The translations under genes and the position numbers were made by a program. DNA of 61,559 nucleotides, counting the filler. It is 9 parts of 9 records of this genome, joined end to end, with 100 filler letters (N's around TTAATTAATTAA, not from the genome) between each part and the next. Parts side by side here need not be neighbours in the genome. Positions count along the whole stretch, not along the records: positions 55,024 to 61,559 come from SRR31156797_86329; 8 more parts are not named here. One strand, written 5' to 3'. Position 1 is the first letter of the stretch, and each line of letters begins with the position of its first letter. The notes under the pieces were generated by a model that saw nothing but the letters and a program-made list of their open reading frames with translations, did no database searches and was not told where the DNA came from. Positions 60,345 to 61,559 of this stretch are shown here, piece by piece.

Positions 60345-61405
60345 TTTGCCACCTCCCTGGACATGGCGTCCGGCTGGCTTACCGGGGGGAGAGTCAATCT
60401 CACAAAGGTCTCGGCAGTGATATTTTGCTCCAAAATCGCCTTTGTCTCATTTTCGAGCCCGGGATCATAGTAATATAGCAGCCGTTCCAGATCACTGAAT
60501 TCCCGGGCGGCCATGTCCTGGACCAACTCGAAGCCATTGAGAAACGCCTCCCGTGATAATCTGGCCGCAGTAAATTCCCGGCCATGGCCCAAAAGGATGC
60601 CCACCGATATCCCGGCCGAATCATGGATGCGGGTCTCCCTGGAAAAGGCATCCGCCCGAACCCGTATGCCAGGATTCAGGAACCTGTCCAGGGAGGGAAG
60701 GAGCTTTCGCGGGACAAGGCGTATGAGCTGTGTCCGGATCCGATTTTGCCGCCGGGCCTTTCGGGCAAATCCTTCATATGCGGGGTCCAGCGCCCCAAGC
60801 CAGGGCAGGAAAGAGAAATGATGGCCCCGTAACGCAATAAACGGCTGAAAGAGGTGCGCCCTGTTATCCCAAAGCATGAATTTATCATCACTCACATAAT
60901 CCCAGCCCCGCCGCAGAAGCGACAGCACCACCATTGTTTTTCCCATGCCCCTGGGCCCCGCCAGGAGAACCCCCTTATCCCGATGCCGGACAACCGCCCC
61001 GTGGCAGAGCATCCTGTTTTTTCTTTTCAGCACCAGCATCATGGAAAACAACAACATGGCATACACCCGCCGTTCAATGCCTTTCCTGTTCCGGTAAACA
61101 ATTTTGACAGGATCGGAAAAGACAACCATCACGTCGGGTTTGCCCAGGTGTTCAAACACCGCAGCCACACATCCCCCGTCCCGGGTCACCCGGAAACCGA
61201 AAACAGACGCCTTCGGATGGGAAACACCCCCGGGATCGGGAAGGACAGGCACGTGGGCCATCACAATCTCCGCCCTGCCCTGGGAATCCTTTTTTTCCCT
61301 TACAAACACCCCCAGTTCCCGGCAAAGGAATTCCCTTAATGGCATGGGCATCCCCGGTGCCGAAATTTTAAGGACTGAATGGCAATCAAAGCAAAGCAAT
61401 CCCAT
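60326..61405 (-). CDS. HPr kinase/phosphorylase-related P-loop protein
   Basis: HGAVV...GVLLAGPRGMGKT...GWDYVSDD. Confidence 0.7.
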   Translation of the reverse strand: MGLLCFDCHSVLKISAPGMPMPLREFLCRELGVFVREKKDSQGRAEIVMAHVPVLPDPGGVSHPKASVFGFRVTRDGGCVAAVFEHLGKPDVMVVFSDPVKIVYRNRKGIERRVYAMLLFSMMLVLKRKNRMLCHGAVVRHRDKGVLLAGPRGMGKTMVVLSLLRRGWDYVSDDKFMLWDNRAHLFQPFIALRGHHFSFLPWLGALDPAYEGFARKARRQNRIRTQLIRLVPRKLLPSLDRFLNPGIRVRADAFSRETRIHDSAGISVGILLGHGREFTAARLSREAFLNGFELVQDMAAREFSDLERLLYYYDPGLENETKAILEQNITAETFVRLTLPPVSQPDAMSREVAKCLEQL

Positions 61406-61414
61406 GGAATATTC

Positions 61415-61558
61415 TTATCCCCCCATCTTTATGGTCAGGGAATGTTGCCCCCTGTTCGCAACAACCACCCCAAGGCTGATGATAAAAAACAGTATCAGTT
61501 TGATCACCGCCCCGATAAAGTCATTCACGGTAAAATAGCTTTCTCCGTGTTCAAGCAG
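61415..61558 (-). CDS. C-terminal fragment of a membrane protein
   Basis: LLEHGESYFTVNDFIGAVIKLILFFIISLGVVVANRGQHSLTIKMGG*, open from the window edge. Confidence 0.5.
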   Translation of the reverse strand: MLEHGESYFTVNDFIGAVIKLILFFIISLGVVVANRGQHSLTIKMGG

Positions 61559-61559
61559 A

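Overview
The window is not one locus. It is nine unrelated contigs joined by 100-nt N spacers, each carrying the six-frame stop linker TTAATTAATTAA (5819-5918, 15118-15217, 23472-23571, 29316-29415, 35051-35150, 41549-41648, 49572-49671, 54924-55023). Taxonomic labels below are inferred from gene content and sequence style, not from searches. (1) 1-5818, Bacteroidota-like: two large modular GEVED/FN3 secreted proteins, one with a T9SS C-terminal domain. (2) 5919-15117, probably a spirochaete: an anaerobic heme-utilisation locus with a ChuW/HutW radical SAM enzyme carrying an N-terminal PCP_red-like domain, an MptD-type ECF transporter, a flavodoxin(HmuF-like)-HutX fusion, and a convergent TonB-dependent receptor plus Met-rich lipoprotein. 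This is the best candidate for an undescribed system. (3) 15218-23471 and (4) 23572-29315, an AT-rich bacterium: DEAD-box helicase, MDR oxidoreductase, an Opp-type ABC transporter, and a GH149-like phosphorylase/GH30 beta-glucan locus. Three of these four contig ends carry the same IS231-like terminal repeat, apparently inserted in REP-like palindromes. (5) 29416-35050, Methanosarcinales-like archaeon: radA, coaD, endonuclease IV, RcnA-like Ni/Co transporter. (6) 35151-41548, Desulfovibrio-like: tRNA-Val and partial tRNA-Asp, RsmF-like methyltransferase, TRAP transporter. (7) 41649-49571, Desulfobacteraceae-like: YccA, PEP-CTERM protein, xseA-xseB-ispA-dxs. (8) 49672-54923: DRTGG/kinase/[FeFe]-hydrogenase-like/PHP regulatory cluster, PaaY-like protein, DctP. 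(9) 55024-61559: polysaccharide locus with a GT2-GT4 fusion and an HPr-kinase-like gene. No CRISPR array or rRNA was seen.
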